Positions 62,315-64,000 of a DNA stretch of 64,000 nt are shown piece by piece; within the stretch, counting starts at the first letter, position 1; every line of letters starts with the position of its first letter. Source of the stretch: Chloroflexaceae bacterium (GTDB taxonomy: Bacteria; Chloroflexota; Chloroflexia; Chloroflexales; Chloroflexaceae). The notes under the pieces are model-generated. The model did not search any database. It was not told the origin of the DNA and saw only the letters and a program-made list of their open reading frames with translations. Where the stretch lies: NCBI GenBank assembly GCA_034437375.1, contig DAOTUK010000064.1, forward strand, positions 604 to 64,603, written 5' to 3'. Both the position numbers and the translations under genes were made by a program.

Positions 62315-63454
62315 TTATGTTCGTAACCGTACAATGAGCCGTTCGCCCTCGCGGGTTGCTTTAATCTTGTTGGTACCCCGGAGCGTGTCTGGCAAGAGAA
62401 TGTGGCGGCGATAGGCGCCGGCGCGTACCACCAGTTCTTCATAGCTCAACGTCAGGCTGAGCGCTTCGCGGGGCAGGCCGGGCAGGCGTATGGCGACAAA
62501 GGGGTCGTTGATGTCGCCCACCTCGATGGGGCTGAGCGCTCCGTAGGTATCGCACGGGTTGTGGGTTCCGTAGAGCGTTTGCCCCAGGGTATGCAGGTGG
62601 TCTATGTTCATCGCGGGCTCTGCAAGGGGCAGGGGCAGGATGGGGCGGGGTTGCCAGGTCTGCGTTGCCCGTGTCACAATATCCTGCTGGTGGGCTGCGA
62701 CGCTGGCTATCGGCGTTTCCGCGGCACCGGTTGGTAGCAAGGGGCCGACAACCAGGGCATCAACCGCCAGGCCATGGAGCTGGAGCGCGGGCAGAGCCTG
62801 GGAGGCTTCATCGAAACCGGTAGCGTCGGGCCGCAGGACATAGCGGGCGGTGGTGTTGCGTACATGCAGAGCGTTATCGCGCAGCGTTTCCAGGAACACG
62901 CGCACATCCTGTATCTTGCCTATCCATTCAAAGGGGAGCAGGTTAGCTGAGATTAGCGCATTGTTCAGCGAGTCGGCGCTACGCCCCGGCCCACGGTCGA
63001 GCCCCAGGATGAGTCGGAGAAACCAGCGGAATCCATCTGGCACCGACATAGCCCGCAAGAACATCTCGTGCGAGCCAGCGTGAATGACGACCACATCGTA
63101 GGAAGCGCCAATGTGTTGAACAATGTATTCTATGCCAAAGAACAGATCGAAGCCCGGCAGAGTCGGCAACTCATCGCCGCTTATCTGGGCCAACACGCCA
63201 AACAGGCGCGGGCGCAGGGTTTCCAACAAGGTCGCCATCCGTCCCAGAACGTCCAGTTCCCAGACATCCAGGTTTGGGGCGACCGTCTGGGGCGCTTCAG
63301 AGCAGACACAGCCAAGCAAGCTCTTCAGCCCATGCGAAGGGCCAATGCTGGCCAGCAGCGTGCGTTGGCCCTGCGAAGCGACCAGCCGGGCGGTTGCGGT
63401 TGCGGCCAGCACGATACCATCACCGCCGCTGCCCGTAAAAATCAGTGTTTGCAT
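62315..63454 (-). CDS. ArsA/Get3-fold ATPase-like protein with degenerate Walker A, fused to HSP20-like C-terminal domain
   Basis: LIFTGSGGDGIVLAATA stands in place of the deviant Walker A GKGGVGKT, and both lysines are absent (nt 63410-63433). YDVVVIHAG is the Walker B region. The C-terminal DPFVAIRLPGLPREALSLTLSYEELVVRAGAYRRHILLPDTL...REGERLIVRL is alpha-crystallin/HSP20-like. Confidence 0.7.
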   Translation of the reverse strand: MQTLIFTGSGGDGIVLAATATARLVASQGQRTLLASIGPSHGLKSLLGCVCSEAPQTVAPNLDVWELDVLGRMATLLETLRPRLFGVLAQISGDELPTLPGFDLFFGIEYIVQHIGASYDVVVIHAGSHEMFLRAMSVPDGFRWFLRLILGLDRGPGRSADSLNNALISANLLPFEWIGKIQDVRVFLETLRDNALHVRNTTARYVLRPDATGFDEASQALPALQLHGLAVDALVVGPLLPTGAAETPIASVAAHQQDIVTRATQTWQPRPILPLPLAEPAMNIDHLHTLGQTLYGTHNPCDTYGALSPIEVGDINDPFVAIRLPGLPREALSLTLSYEELVVRAGAYRRHILLPDTLRGTNKIKATREGERLIVRLRT

Positions 63455-63732
63455 ATGTAGATTTCTTTACCCACCAGTTGTGGTTCAAATTCAGGATTGG
63501 TATGCAATGTGCAGGTCATCATGTGCATGATGCGCTACGTTTCTATTGTTTCTTCTATTGTTATAGTGTACCATGAACTTGCGTCGTAGGTTGCAGATGA
63601 AGCGTAACTGCGAGATAATCAGCACCGGTTGTCCCGCAACGATATGCGATAATAGCGTACAAAATGGTTTATAATGGCCTATTGTCAGTGATTCATCCTG
63701 GGGATATAGCCCGGTGAACACTGGTAGGAAGG

Positions 63733-64000
63733 ATGAAAACTCCTATGACTGGCACATTGCAAGACCAGACGATGGCAGAGTTTCTGAATGCGCTGGCCTC
63801 AAGCGCACCAACGCCCGGCGGGGGCAGTGTTGCGGCGTTTAATGGGGCCATTGCGGCTGGTCTGATCAGTATGGTTGGTAGCATTACGCTGGGGAAGAAG
63901 AAGCCGCCAGAAAATAAAGAGACGGTTGAATCAATCCATGCCCAGGCGGAAGAGTTGCGCCAGCAGTTGCAAGCCCTGGCCCAGGCCGACGTTGAAGTGT
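63733..64000 (+). CDS. Cyclodeaminase/cyclohydrolase family protein (FTCD C-terminal-domain type), 5' part; runs off the window
   Basis: Not in the ORF track because there is no stop in the window. The ATG at 63733 follows aggaagg. It reads MKTPMTGTLQDQTMAEFLNALASSAPTPGGGSVAAFNGAIAAGLISMVGSITLGKKK..., the family signature (LAS..PTPGGGS.AA..GA). Confidence 0.75.
   Translation, partial: MKTPMTGTLQDQTMAEFLNALASSAPTPGGGSVAAFNGAIAAGLISMVGSITLGKKKPPENKETVESIHAQAEELRQQLQALAQADVEV

Noticed and set aside
1-64000. rRNA, tRNA or other canonical RNA genes in the intergenic regions (700-1200, 13063-13424, 40722-41116, 52033-52429, 58246-58502, 61012-61294, 63455-63732)
   Set aside because: I found no cloverleaf-compatible segments or conserved rRNA motifs by eye. 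A covariance-model scan (tRNAscan-SE, Infernal/Rfam) would be needed to be definitive.

Overview
This is a 64-kb bacterial chromosomal segment with high G+C. One clearly AT-rich stretch lies at about 11.6-13.4 kb. All calls were made by eye from motifs, and no database or HMM search was run. The protein styles suggest a filamentous Chloroflexota-like genome, but that is inference only. Those styles are a multi-GAF histidine kinase, a cyclase-STAND-TPR regulator, a giant FG-GAP protein and palindromic CCTGGGAGCGCG intergenic elements.

Layout:
1. 1-2173: a PAS sensor gene fragment on the minus strand running off the window (absent from the ORF track), a 500-bp intergenic region with a MITE-like element, and trxB.
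2. 2222-31057: a ~29-kb glycan-assembly locus. It has 24 co-directional minus-strand genes: three GT2 transferases, four SAM methyltransferases, SDR sugar-nucleotide enzymes, wzm/wzt, two paralogous unknowns, a kinase, a HAD protein, an ADH, a split transketolase, and gmhA/gmhB with a fused heptose kinase/nucleotidyltransferase. A divergent plus-strand operon carries a wecA-like gene, a geranylgeranyl-reductase-like gene and an O-antigen-ligase-like gene.
3. 31114-37295: an HTH regulator divergent from a six-gene mrp (mnh) cation/proton antiporter operon.
4. 37402-40721: crp/fnr, ywiC-like and hcp.
5. 41117-51890: a small membrane protein, then a tandem-cyclase/STAND/TPR gene followed by a 2018-aa secreted FG-GAP/HExxH protein. 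The pair is bracketed by REP-like elements.
6. 52430-63454: a co-directional signalling array. One intact GAF histidine kinase is surrounded by five proteins whose catalytic motifs are visibly degenerate.
7. 63733-64000: a cyclodeaminase/cyclohydrolase gene fragment, also absent from the ORF track.

No rRNA, tRNA, CRISPR array, transposase or integrase was recognised.

Best candidates for something undescribed:
- A split WbdD-like glycan capping and ruler module whose stalk is a 26 x 8-residue repeat.
- The pseudoenzyme signalling array.
- The REP-bracketed cyclase-STAND plus giant double-propeller metalloprotease-like operon.
- A geranylgeranyl-reductase-family gene translationally coupled between the initiating transferase and the ligase.
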